Origin: a bacterium
GTDB taxonomy: Bacteria; Hinthialibacterota; Hinthialibacteria; Hinthialibacterales; Hinthialibacteraceae
NCBI GenBank assembly: GCA_041946805.1
Contig: JBHGBC010000009.1
Span: 1-64,000 of the forward strand
DNA length: 64,000 nt
Direction of reading: 5' to 3'
Of this stretch, positions 20,230 through 29,463 are shown one piece after another. The position numbers and the translations under genes were made by a program. The notes below the pieces were generated by a model that saw nothing but the letters and a program-made list of their open reading frames with translations, made no database searches and was not told the DNA's origin. The stretch's first letter is position 1; each line of letters opens with the position of its first letter.

Positions 20230-21135
20230 TCACATGGTCAGGAGGGATCGGAGGATGCTCTCCTTGACATACACCAGCACATACACCACACAGGGATGAA
20301 GAAACAAAAAAGCGAACACGGGGGAGAGATCCACGAAATCGATCCGGGCCCAGGGAAAGACGCGGCGGAAAAAGGTCAGGTAGGGATCGGACATCGCCCG
20401 CACGAACTGCAGGACCATGCTGAAGGGATCGGCGGCGATCCAGGACGCGAGAATGGCGAGCAGCAGCACGAACAAATAGGCGTTGACCAGCGTCAGCAGC
20501 ACTTCGAACGCGCTCGTGACCATGGTCACCCAAAGGGCCTTGCCGCCGTAAATCCATACCCCGCTGATCAGGGCGGCGGACAAGGAACCCAAGATCAACG
20601 TGGCCCCGGCGCTCACGAGAAACAGGGTCACCAAGTTGCCGGTTTTGATCCAGCGGCCGGTGGCCTGAAATATGGCGAAGGTGTTTTCTTGAAAACACGC
20701 GAAGCCCGCGTTGCCGCTCATCATGAGTCCCCGGCGCGAAATCATCAGACTGGCGAACAGCAAGGCGATGATCAACTCCGTAATCAGCACGAAGCCCATG
20801 CTGAAACTGATCAGAATCGCGCCGGTCAATTTCAGCGGACCACCGGCTCCATGAATCCGCGTGAAATCGTTGGTGTAGTCTCCCGCAAGCAGCCACAGGG
20901 CCAGTCCCCGGATGACCAGCGTCACCCCGATGGCCAGGAGCGGCGTCTGGTCCCGCAGTTTATACGATTCCCGCGGAATCCATTGTTTGAAGGGTGTCAA
21001 GAGCCGCTCGGTGAGAGTCACGAGGGCCACCAAGATCGGGCCGAATCCGTAAAACTGGTAGCGTTCGATGAAATGCCGGATGAACAGAACGACGATCAGC
21101 ACCGTGAAAAAGAGGTTTAAGATGGAAAAGAACAT
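20230..21135 (-). CDS. YggT family membrane protein (long form)
   Basis: C-terminal AILASWI..DP..VRAMSDPYLTFFRRVFP..VDLSPVFA; related N-terminal LTERLLTPFKQWIP. Confidence 0.78.
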   Translation of the reverse strand: MFFSILNLFFTVLIVVLFIRHFIERYQFYGFGPILVALVTLTERLLTPFKQWIPRESYKLRDQTPLLAIGVTLVIRGLALWLLAGDYTNDFTRIHGAGGPLKLTGAILISFSMGFVLITELIIALLFASLMISRRGLMMSGNAGFACFQENTFAIFQATGRWIKTGNLVTLFLVSAGATLILGSLSAALISGVWIYGGKALWVTMVTSAFEVLLTLVNAYLFVLLLAILASWIAADPFSMVLQFVRAMSDPYLTFFRRVFPWARIDFVDLSPVFAFLFLHPCVVYVLVYVKESILRSLLTM

Positions 21136-21301
21136 GGAGTCCCGCCGAAAAATCCTTGATGAGGTGGTGGTATATAGCCTATTAAAGCAGCAAGGCGATT
21201 TGTGTCCCATGGGGGAGGTATTGAATGACCCAAAGGACGAAGCAGGCCAGTTGCCTACAGCGCAATGGCGGGTGGAAACCTAGGTCCGCCCCTGCCAGAT
21301 T

Positions 21302-21333
21302 CCCTCACCCCGGCCCTCTCCCAAGGGGAGAGA
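21302..21333. repeat. CCCTCACCC/GGGAGAGG palindromic repeat copy
   Basis: CCCTCACCCCGGCCCTCTCCCAAGGGGAGAGA. Confidence 0.85.
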
Positions 21334-21399
21334 GAGAAGGAAATCCTCCCTCTTAAATCGGAGTCTAAGAAGTGAAACATCCTCAAGAATAACCCATTT

Positions 21400-21550
21400 G
21401 CCGAACAAATGATTCATCGAACAAAATTCGCCGGACAGATGATCCGTCGAACAAAAACCGTGAATCACTTCCAGTTTTGGCCAGTATCGCCCAAAATGCC
21501 GAGTCTGACAATACGAAGAAATCAACCTGGCACGAAGCAATCAACCTGGC
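21400..21550. repeat. two short tandem duplications (2x30 bp, 2x19 bp) in the divergent promoter region
   Basis: GCCGAACAAATGATTCATCGAACAAAATTC / GCCGGACAGATGATCCGTCGAACAAAAACC (21400-21459); ACGAAGAAATCAACCTGGC / ACGAAGCAATCAACCTGGC (21513-21550). Confidence 0.75.
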
Positions 21551-21593
21551 GGTGTTCCCAGCGTGGGGAGCGCCAGGAGGGTGGAGAAGGACC

Positions 21594-22715
21594 TTGCGTA
21601 TTGGTTTCGAATGCACCGTGCTGACCCGTTCGATCGCCGGGATCGGCTATTACACTCACCACCTGCTCCAGGCGCTGGCCCGGCGGCCGGGCGAGGAGGA
21701 ATATGTCCTGTTCTACAACCGCCCTCTGCAGCCGATGGAATTGCCTTCCCGCCTGCGTCATGTCCTCACCGGTCCCGCCAGCACGCATCTGTGGGTGCAA
21801 ACCCGGTTGGCCTCGCTTTGCCGTAAGCAGGCCATCGACCTTCTGCACAGCCCGGGGCAGGGGCTTCCGTTTCTGTTCGACAAGCCCCGGATTCTGACCA
21901 TCCATGACCTCTCCCCGTTGATGTTTCCCCGTCAAAAAGATCTTTCTTCGCGTTTCGTGTGGACCACTCTGGTGCCCATCATGGCCCGGCAGGCCGATCA
22001 CATCATCACCGTGTCGGACCACACCCGCCAGGATGTCACCCGCCTGCTGGGGATCCCGGAGCACCGTGTCACCCGGATCCATGAGGCCGCCGCGCCGGAG
22101 TTCTACCCCGAACCGGACGCTGAACGGATCCGAAAATTCCGCCGCGGCAAGGCGCTGGAGACGGGTTATATCCTGGCCGTGGGGACGCTGGAGCCGAGGA
22201 AAAATTATCCTTTCCTGTTGCGCGTGTTCGCCCAGTGGCTGGAACGCTCCCGCCCGGACGCGACGCTGGTGATTATCGGGAAAAAGGGATGGTTGTATGA
22301 TGAAATCTTCGCAACCCTCGCGGCGCTGAATCTCCACCGGCGTGTACGCTTCGAGGGATACGTGGGCGGTCCTGGCCTGATGCGGCTCTATTACTCGGCG
22401 GCGGAATTCTCGATACTCACCCCGTTTTACGAAGGCTTTTGGCTGCCCGGGCTGGAGTCGCTGGCCTGCGGGACCCCGGTCATCGCGCCAGGTAATTCTT
22501 CTATCCCCGAGGTGATCGGTGAGGCGGGATTACTGGTTGATTCGTGGGACATGGATGCATGGGCCGCGGCCATGGACCGCCTGTGGATGGCGCCGGACCG
22601 GGCCATCTGGGCGCGAAAAGGCATCGAGCGGGCCCGCCGGTTTTCATGGGACCGGGCGGCGGAAGAGACCCTCGCGGTTTACCATGCGGTGATTCAATCC
22701 CGGGAGGGGGCATGA
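21594..22715 (+). CDS. glycosyltransferase family 4
   Basis: AGIGYYT, LTIHDL, VGTLEPRKN, YEGFWLPGLESLACGTPV, FSWDRAA; TTG start after GGAGAAGG. Confidence 0.9.
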   Translation: MRIGFECTVLTRSIAGIGYYTHHLLQALARRPGEEEYVLFYNRPLQPMELPSRLRHVLTGPASTHLWVQTRLASLCRKQAIDLLHSPGQGLPFLFDKPRILTIHDLSPLMFPRQKDLSSRFVWTTLVPIMARQADHIITVSDHTRQDVTRLLGIPEHRVTRIHEAAAPEFYPEPDAERIRKFRRGKALETGYILAVGTLEPRKNYPFLLRVFAQWLERSRPDATLVIIGKKGWLYDEIFATLAALNLHRRVRFEGYVGGPGLMRLYYSAAEFSILTPFYEGFWLPGLESLACGTPVIAPGNSSIPEVIGEAGLLVDSWDMDAWAAAMDRLWMAPDRAIWARKGIERARRFSWDRAAEETLAVYHAVIQSREGA

Positions 22716-23800
22716 ACGTTCTGTTTATTGAACCGGCCGGCGCGGGCGGCATCGCGCATTGCACCTACGCTCTGGCGAACGCCCTGGGCGCGCGGGGCGT
22801 GGAGTGCGATATCCTGACTTCGCCGCGCTGGCATCCACGCCCGCTGGCCGGGCCGGTCCGGATCCACCGGGTGTTCCGGGGACGGAAGACCAATCCGGCG
22901 GCGTTGTATCTTCGTTGTTTTCAATTGCGGCGGTCGGTTAATGTCGTGCATTGGCAGAGTACGACTTATCCGAAGCTGATCCTCCTGCTCATGCGGGTTA
23001 TCCCCCTGAAAAAAATGCCGTGGATCTTCACGGTCCATAATGTATTGCCGCACGAACGGACCGAGGCCGCATTTCACGTGTACGGTAAGATTTACGAGCG
23101 AATGGACGGGCTGATTTTTCATACCCAACACTCGTTGGAAACGTTTAAGCCGTTGTTCCCGAACGTCAAAGCCCGAACGAGGATTATCCCATTGGGGGAA
23201 TATGGATTTTTGCATGGCAAAACGCCTGTCCCCGATGCGCAGCCCAGGGATCCTGTTGTACTGTTTTTCGGGAATGTCCGGCATTACAAGGGGTTGGATG
23301 TGTTGATCCGGGCGTTCGCCGAAGTGAAAAAGGCGATTCCCGAGGCCGTCCTGCGCGCCGCCGGGCAGTGGTTCGTCCCCTTTCAGGAATACGAGGATTT
23401 AATCAACCGGCTTGGCCTGTCATCCAGCGTTGAATTCGAGAAAGGATTCATCCCCGACGAGGAGATCCCCAACCTCTTCGCGCCGGCCGGCGTGATCGCG
23501 CTGCCCTACCGGGATATCGACCAGAGCGCCGTGCTGTTGTTGGCCATGGCGCTGGGAAAGCCCATTGTGGCCACGCGCGTGGGAGGGATGGCGGAAATTC
23601 TGCGGGATGGCCGCACCGCCCTCCTGGTTCCCCCGGAAGATCCGGCGGCGCTGGCGGAGGCGTTGGTTCGGATCCTGCGCGATCCTCAAGGGGCCGCGCG
23701 GCTGGGCCGCAACGCCCGGGAGGATGTCAACACCCGGTTCTCCTGGGAGCGTATCGCCGAGCTAACCGAATCGTTTTATCAGAGCGTCACGCGGCCATGA
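22712..23800 (+). CDS. glycosyltransferase family 4
   Basis: GGIAH, TVHNVLPHE, FFGNVRHYKGLD, QSAVL, PIVATRVGG, FSWERIA. Confidence 0.9.
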   Translation: MNVLFIEPAGAGGIAHCTYALANALGARGVECDILTSPRWHPRPLAGPVRIHRVFRGRKTNPAALYLRCFQLRRSVNVVHWQSTTYPKLILLLMRVIPLKKMPWIFTVHNVLPHERTEAAFHVYGKIYERMDGLIFHTQHSLETFKPLFPNVKARTRIIPLGEYGFLHGKTPVPDAQPRDPVVLFFGNVRHYKGLDVLIRAFAEVKKAIPEAVLRAAGQWFVPFQEYEDLINRLGLSSSVEFEKGFIPDEEIPNLFAPAGVIALPYRDIDQSAVLLLAMALGKPIVATRVGGMAEILRDGRTALLVPPEDPAALAEALVRILRDPQGAARLGRNAREDVNTRFSWERIAELTESFYQSVTRP

Positions 23801-26010
23801 AACCGATCACGGATTATATCGAATTCATTCGGGATTTGATCCTCGCGAGCCTGCTCGTTCTGGTTCCCGTGGTGATCGACGGGCATATCCGGATCGGGGC
23901 GGGACCCGAGACGAAATTTCGACTGTTTGAGTACGGCGTGTTGTTGGCGGGGCTGTTCTCGCTGCCGCGGTGGGCCGGCCGGAACCGGAAGCTCGCCTGG
24001 CGCTCCGGTTCCGTGGCGATCGGCCTCTTTCTGGCGTACCTGTTCGGCCGGGCGTGGCTGGATCCCCACCGCGATTATGCCCTGGATCAATTTTTGACGT
24101 TCGCGTCGTGGCTGGTTTTCGCTTGGCTGATCGCCGATGCCTGCCCGGCCCCCGCGCGGTTCGCCCGGATGCTGTGGATCATGGCCTGGGGGCAGCTGGG
24201 CCCCGTGATTCTCGCCATGGGCAATATATTTGGCGTCGATATCTACCTGCATTGGATCCTGCGGCAGCCGGACTGGAAATGGGCAAGTGAACTGATCGGC
24301 GCGGACCGGGGGATCATCTGGTCCAGCCTGGGCAATCCCAATTTCTACGCCAACTACGGGGCGATGGTATTGCTTTGGCTCATCACCCTGATGTTCCTGA
24401 CGCGCCGCCGGTGGATACGGGCATTGCTGGGGCTGTACGCGGCCATCCTGCTCATTACCTTGATTTACACCTTCACCCGGGGAATCTGGGCCAGCCTGGT
24501 TCCCACGTTCTTCATCCTGTTGGCGTTTGGGGCCGCCCAGTCCTGGCTGTCACGGCGTTCCTTGTCTTCCACGATACGTCATTATGGAAAAAGCGCGGCG
24601 GCGCTGGGATTGGCCATGGTGTTGCTGCTCAGCGCGGCGTACGCGATGGAATCCCGGGAAGGCCCGTTCCACAAAATCGGGAAACGCTTCCAAAACGCCA
24701 TCCTGATGCGCGACACCAGCCTGCGTTCCCGCCCGCTGATGTGGTACGCCGCCTTGCGCATGTGGCGGGACCGGCCGTTCACGGGCCTGGGGTGGGGGCA
24801 GTACGCTCCCCGCTACCTGGAGACCGTGTATCAATCCGCCCAGGAGACCGAACCGGCCCGGATCCAGCAGATCACCCGTTCCATGAACACGATCTGGACC
24901 GACCTGGCTCACAACGATTATTTGCAACTCTTGGCGGAAACCGGCTTGGCGGGATATGCGCTGTTTCTGCTTTTTTTGCTGACCATCCTGGGAACCGCGG
25001 CCCGGGCCTTGTGGCCGATGGACCTTTCGCGAGCGCGGAGAATCCTCCTGACCGGTTGTTTCGCCATCGTCCTCATGACTTCCCTCCAATGCGTGTATGA
25101 TTTTCCCTTGCATCTGCCCGCCAGCGCCATCCTATTCGCTCTGGCGGCGGGGGGAATCCTGGCCTTGGCCCCGGATCCGGACGCGCGCGTTCCCGGATTT
25201 TCGGGGCCCCGCGCCGGCCGGTGGCTGACCGCTCTGGCGTTGACGCCGATATTGGCCGCGGGCGGAATATTTGTCGTCACGCATGTGCTGGCTTCGCACT
25301 TTCATGAACAGGGCAGCCGGCAATTGCAGGCGGGCATTGATTTCATTTTCAAGAACCAGGAAACGGCCGTGGCGCGGTTCCGCCAGGCGGAGCGGGATCT
25401 CCAGCGGGCGGGGACCCTGTTTCCCGGCAACGGCCAGATTCTCTATGACCGCGGCCGCGTGTGCGCGTACCTGCGGGACAGCAGCCGCGCCATCGACCTG
25501 CTCCTGCGGGCGAAGGAAACGTACTGCGTTCCCGAAATGTACCGCGTGCTCTGCGATCAATACTTGCAGCTGAACCGGACGGCGCAGGCCCGGCGCGCCG
25601 CGGAAATCCTGCTGCTCATCGATCCGGACCGCAAGGAAACCCAATACCTGGCCGGTGTCGTGGATTTCCGGGAGGGGAATTATCCGGCGGCCGCCGCGCA
25701 TTTTCAGGATGAATTGCGCATCAATCCGGAAAACGACCGGGCCTGGGGGTATCTCGGGGACATTTACACTACCCAGGAGCAATGGGAGCAGGCGGCGCGG
25801 ATGTACGAGAAGGCCCTGGAGATCGTGCCCCGGTCCGTGGACATCCGGGAGCGGCTGGCCGACCGGTACGCGCAACTCAAGGACCGGGAACGCGCGCGCC
25901 AACACTACGAGCTGGCGTTGGAAGGCGCCCGCTTGCTGCCGGATCCCACGTACAAACAACGCATCGAATGGAAACTGAAAGATCTCGAACCTATCCAGGC
26001 TCAACCTTGA
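23797..26010 (+). CDS. O-antigen ligase-like protein fused to C-terminal TPR repeats
   Basis: SSLGNPNFYANY, TFTRGIW, RPLMWYAALRMWRDRPFTGLGWG, AHNDYLQLLAETG; TPRs such as AWGYLGDIY and YEKALEIVP. Confidence 0.85.
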   Translation: MKPITDYIEFIRDLILASLLVLVPVVIDGHIRIGAGPETKFRLFEYGVLLAGLFSLPRWAGRNRKLAWRSGSVAIGLFLAYLFGRAWLDPHRDYALDQFLTFASWLVFAWLIADACPAPARFARMLWIMAWGQLGPVILAMGNIFGVDIYLHWILRQPDWKWASELIGADRGIIWSSLGNPNFYANYGAMVLLWLITLMFLTRRRWIRALLGLYAAILLITLIYTFTRGIWASLVPTFFILLAFGAAQSWLSRRSLSSTIRHYGKSAAALGLAMVLLLSAAYAMESREGPFHKIGKRFQNAILMRDTSLRSRPLMWYAALRMWRDRPFTGLGWGQYAPRYLETVYQSAQETEPARIQQITRSMNTIWTDLAHNDYLQLLAETGLAGYALFLLFLLTILGTAARALWPMDLSRARRILLTGCFAIVLMTSLQCVYDFPLHLPASAILFALAAGGILALAPDPDARVPGFSGPRAGRWLTALALTPILAAGGIFVVTHVLASHFHEQGSRQLQAGIDFIFKNQETAVARFRQAERDLQRAGTLFPGNGQILYDRGRVCAYLRDSSRAIDLLLRAKETYCVPEMYRVLCDQYLQLNRTAQARRAAEILLLIDPDRKETQYLAGVVDFREGNYPAAAAHFQDELRINPENDRAWGYLGDIYTTQEQWEQAARMYEKALEIVPRSVDIRERLADRYAQLKDRERARQHYELALEGARLLPDPTYKQRIEWKLKDLEPIQAQP

Positions 26011-26039
26011 TCCAGTATCATGACGTTGTGCCATGGATA

Positions 26040-26167
26040 TCATCCCCGCGAAGGCGGGGTTCCAGGAGAAGGCGGTAAAATCTCCCCAACATGGGGAGGA
26101 AAACGGATAGTAAGTACCGCTGATGCCTAGCATTCCCTCACCCGTTCCCTCTCCCGGAGGGAGAGGG
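26040..26167. repeat. palindromic repeat cluster
   Basis: TCATCCCCGCGAAGGCGGGG, CTCCCCAACATGGGGAG, CCCTCACCCGTTCCCTCTCCCGGAGGGAGAGGG (26135-26167). Confidence 0.8.
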
Positions 26168-26251
26168 AACGGGTCTCGGTTTTTGATAGGATAGTGGCTT
26201 TAATTGATCGCAATGAACCTTGATCCATCGCGGCCTCGAAAAGGATTCAGC

Positions 26252-26947
26252 ATGAACGCAACCGGCCAGTCCGTCCTGCTCCAAACCATTCATCTCCGCA
26301 AGGTATACCGTACCGGCGATGTGGACCTGGAAGTCTTGAAAAACCTGGATCTCGAGGTCTATGAGAAAGAGTTCCTGGCCATCAGCGGGGAATCGGGATC
26401 GGGCAAGTCCACCCTCCTCCATCTGCTGGGATGCCTGGACGAAATCACGGAAGGGACCATCCTTTATCGTGGACAAGATCTCACCCGGGCGGGCAACGGC
26501 GAAACCAACCGCCTCCGCAACCGCGAATTCGGTTTTGTTTTCCAATTTCATCATCTCATGCCGGAATTCAACGTCTTGGAGAACGTGGCCCTCCCCGGTT
26601 TGATCGCCCGCCGCCCGGCCAAGGAAGTGTGGAAGCAGGCCGAAGCGATCCTGCGGGATCTCCGTCTCGGCCACCGGCTGTATTACAAACCGCCCCGCTT
26701 GTCGGGAGGCGAGCAGCAACGGGTCGCCGTGGCCCGCGCCATGATCAACGATCCCTCCATCCTGTTCATGGATGAACCGACCGGCAACCTGGATCCCGCC
26801 ACCAGCAGCGAACTGATCGCCCTGATCCGGGAGCAGCAACTGGCCCGCGGATTGACGATCGTCATGGTGACCCACAATCTGGCCATTGCCGGCCAGGCGA
26901 ACCGTCATCAGTTGTTGCGGGACGGCTGCCTGCACACGGCCGCGTGA
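26252..26947 (+). CDS. lolD: lipoprotein-releasing ABC transporter ATP-binding protein
   Basis: GESGSGKSTLLHLLG, GFVFQFHHLMPEF, LSGGEQQRVAVARA, DEPTGNLD. Confidence 0.9.
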   Translation: MNATGQSVLLQTIHLRKVYRTGDVDLEVLKNLDLEVYEKEFLAISGESGSGKSTLLHLLGCLDEITEGTILYRGQDLTRAGNGETNRLRNREFGFVFQFHHLMPEFNVLENVALPGLIARRPAKEVWKQAEAILRDLRLGHRLYYKPPRLSGGEQQRVAVARAMINDPSILFMDEPTGNLDPATSSELIALIREQQLARGLTIVMVTHNLAIAGQANRHQLLRDGCLHTAA

Positions 26948-27378
26948 ATCCTTCGGGTGTTCCTTTCCTCTGGAACCGCCATCTGGTCCAATCCGCGCTT
27001 CTCAAGAATCTCCGTAAGCCCGCCGATAGTAAGGGATGTCTTGCCAGGGAAGGCAACCGGATCCATGGATGGATCAAGCCGGTCAGGGATCATGCATGGA
27101 TCGAACAGCCTTTCGGATTGACATTTCTTCCTTACGATCCCGGTTTCGGTGACCTGATTTTCCATGAAGCTGTCAGGCCGGAATGGATACGCGGCGTCAT
27201 CGGTTCGAGGAGAGTAATCCGTGGATTCGGATCGGTACGGGAAGGGGGTCATCGGGCTATCGAGGTGGTGATTCCTGGCCGGTTTCTTTGGAATTGGATC
27301 CGGCAAACAAACTCATCCCCCCGAATTTCGGGGATCCGGGGGGATTTTTAATTCATTTGGGGGATTCTTTCAGGATCG

Positions 27379-28779
27379 TTAGACGATCTTGGGGATCTCC
27401 ACCCGCTTCTGCGTCTCGGCGGCTTCCTGACCGGCAAAGCACGCCTGGGCCGCCAGGAGTCCCCGGACTCCGTTGCACAGATTGGGAGCGCCCCGGCGGA
27501 TGGTGTCCGCGAAGCCCATCAGTTCCCATTTGTACGGCTCGGTGGGCGACATGGTGGACGCGCCGCCGCCGCCGGTGGCTTCGCCTGAAACGTGGGCGGC
27601 GAAAGCGGAACCGGTCTTGGCTTCTTGGGTGACGGCCACGCCCGTGCTCTTTTGGCCTTCCGCGGCTTTCTTGGCGGACGCTTCGTCCCAGCCGGGCTCC
27701 CAGAAAAGATAGGATTCGTTTTCGTTCTTGAGGATGATGGTGCCAAAGGTTCCCATGATCTCTTCATAGTAATTGTCATAGGAATTGCTTTGAATGGCGG
27801 AATAAGAGACCGTGCGGCCGCCGGGGTATTCGTAAATGGCGTAGATGTGGTCCGCGATGTTCCGGTCGTCATCCTTGTAGGTCCGCTTGCGGTCCCGTTC
27901 CTCGCCTTCTTTCCACTGGTTGTAGGAAGACAGGCGCATCTGGTCTTCCAGGGTCTTGTAGCGCCCGGAGGAGGCGACCACGGCGGTGGGGCCGATATCG
28001 CCGAAAAACCAGTTGGTGATGGCGACCTGGTGGCTGGCCAACTCGGTCCACATGCCGTGGGACGTGTCGCTGTACCAGCGCCAGTTCACCATGTGCTGGG
28101 GATCCTTGTACCCCCACTTGGACGGATCGAACTTCAGCAGGTTTTCGTAATGCTTGTCTTCGACGAACGTCCAGTAGTTCCAGTCGGTGTTGCGGTGCCA
28201 CAAGGCCCGGATGTGATACACATTGCCGATCAGGCCTTCGTGGATCATCCGGTAGGCGTCCCAATAGAGCGGATTGTAGAACCGCTGATGGCCGACTTGG
28301 AGATTTTTGCCGGTTTCCTGAGCGGTCTTCACCATGTTTTGGCAATCTTCCACGGAAAACGCCATGGTTTTTTCGGTGAATGCGTGCTTGCCGGCCTTCA
28401 TGGCTTCAATGGCCATGGGGGCGTGCATGTGCAGGGGTGTGGCGATCACCACCGCTTCCACTTCCGGATCGTTGAGCAGGTCGTGGTAATCCTCGTACAC
28501 GCGGGATTCCGGGGAATGGCCGCACTGGCCGATCCACCATTTGCCGATCGCCTGGTTGTCCGGCCGGATGTCGGACATGGCCACGACGTACGTATATTTC
28601 GGATCCATGGCCTGGATAAGTATGCGTCCTTCCATTCCCGTGCCGATGATCCCGATCTTGACCGGCCCGGCTTGCGCGGCGGAATAAGCAAATGCTCCAA
28701 CAGCAGGAAGCGCGGCGACGGCTTTCAAGAAGTTTCGGCGCCCGATTTCTTTTTGACCTTCGTTGAGCTGCATCTTCAC
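27379..28779 (-). CDS. Tat-exported Gfo/Idh/MocA family oxidoreductase
   Basis: GRRNFLK Tat motif plus h-region; KIGIIGTG, ATPLHMH, EKTMA, QVGHQR, NWRWY..HGMWTELASHQ. Confidence 0.9.
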   Translation of the reverse strand: MKMQLNEGQKEIGRRNFLKAVAALPAVGAFAYSAAQAGPVKIGIIGTGMEGRILIQAMDPKYTYVVAMSDIRPDNQAIGKWWIGQCGHSPESRVYEDYHDLLNDPEVEAVVIATPLHMHAPMAIEAMKAGKHAFTEKTMAFSVEDCQNMVKTAQETGKNLQVGHQRFYNPLYWDAYRMIHEGLIGNVYHIRALWHRNTDWNYWTFVEDKHYENLLKFDPSKWGYKDPQHMVNWRWYSDTSHGMWTELASHQVAITNWFFGDIGPTAVVASSGRYKTLEDQMRLSSYNQWKEGEERDRKRTYKDDDRNIADHIYAIYEYPGGRTVSYSAIQSNSYDNYYEEIMGTFGTIILKNENESYLFWEPGWDEASAKKAAEGQKSTGVAVTQEAKTGSAFAAHVSGEATGGGGASTMSPTEPYKWELMGFADTIRRGAPNLCNGVRGLLAAQACFAGQEAAETQKRVEIPKIV

Positions 28780-28848
28780 TTTCCTCGCTTTCGATCTTTT
28801 CGTAGGTTTTTTTCGTGTTGTCGTTTTCGTGATCCGGAATGCGACCGC

Positions 28849-29463
28849 TTACGCTTCCGCCGGCGGAGCTTCGGCCGGTTGTTCCTCCGGCTCCTCCTTG
28901 GCGAACCATTGCCGGACATAGACATCCAGCCCGCAAATCAGGCCCGAGTTGATCGTCAACAAGGCGGCCAAGGCCAGGAACTCGATCAGGTTCTTGTTGA
29001 CGTACATGTAGTTCCCTTCCGTGTTGAGCATGTGCTTGCCCGCCCACTGGGCATGATCCAGGGAGATCTTGTAGGGCGCCCATTGGAAATTCGCGCCCCA
29101 CCGTTCATACGGGGGCATGGCCTCGATGGGAGGCGCGGCCGAATAGAACATGATCAACAGCACCATGGCCAGCAAGATGGAGCACCGGGTGAACAGCCCC
29201 AGCATCATTCCCAGGCCGGACAGAAACAACATCCACGGCATGGTGAAATTGGCGAGGTTGAGCATCCAGGGCGTCTCCCCGATCATCCGGAAATAAGGCG
29301 AGAGGGGGCCCCAGGAATTCACCAAATACCCCACGGCGGTCCATGTCGGATCGCATAATTTCACCCAGCCTTCACGGAGAAAATGCCATCCGATCGCGAT
29401 TCGCAGCAGAACGAAGAAGAAGCTCTGCCACCCACTCAGGTAGTAGCGCGGTGTTCTTGACAC
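28849..29463 (-). CDS. DoxX / TQO small subunit DoxD family membrane protein
   Basis: LRIAIGWHFLREGWVKL, GLGMMLGLFTR, EGNYMYVNKNLIE, GLD. Confidence 0.85.
   Translation of the reverse strand: MSRTPRYYLSGWQSFFFVLLRIAIGWHFLREGWVKLCDPTWTAVGYLVNSWGPLSPYFRMIGETPWMLNLANFTMPWMLFLSGLGMMLGLFTRCSILLAMVLLIMFYSAAPPIEAMPPYERWGANFQWAPYKISLDHAQWAGKHMLNTEGNYMYVNKNLIEFLALAALLTINSGLICGLDVYVRQWFAKEEPEEQPAEAPPAEA

Noticed and set aside
27592..29358. Long antisense ORFs such as 27592-29358 (+), 13103-14746 (-) and 41987-43474 (+)
   Set aside because: They lie entirely opposite well-supported genes and have shadow-ORF composition.
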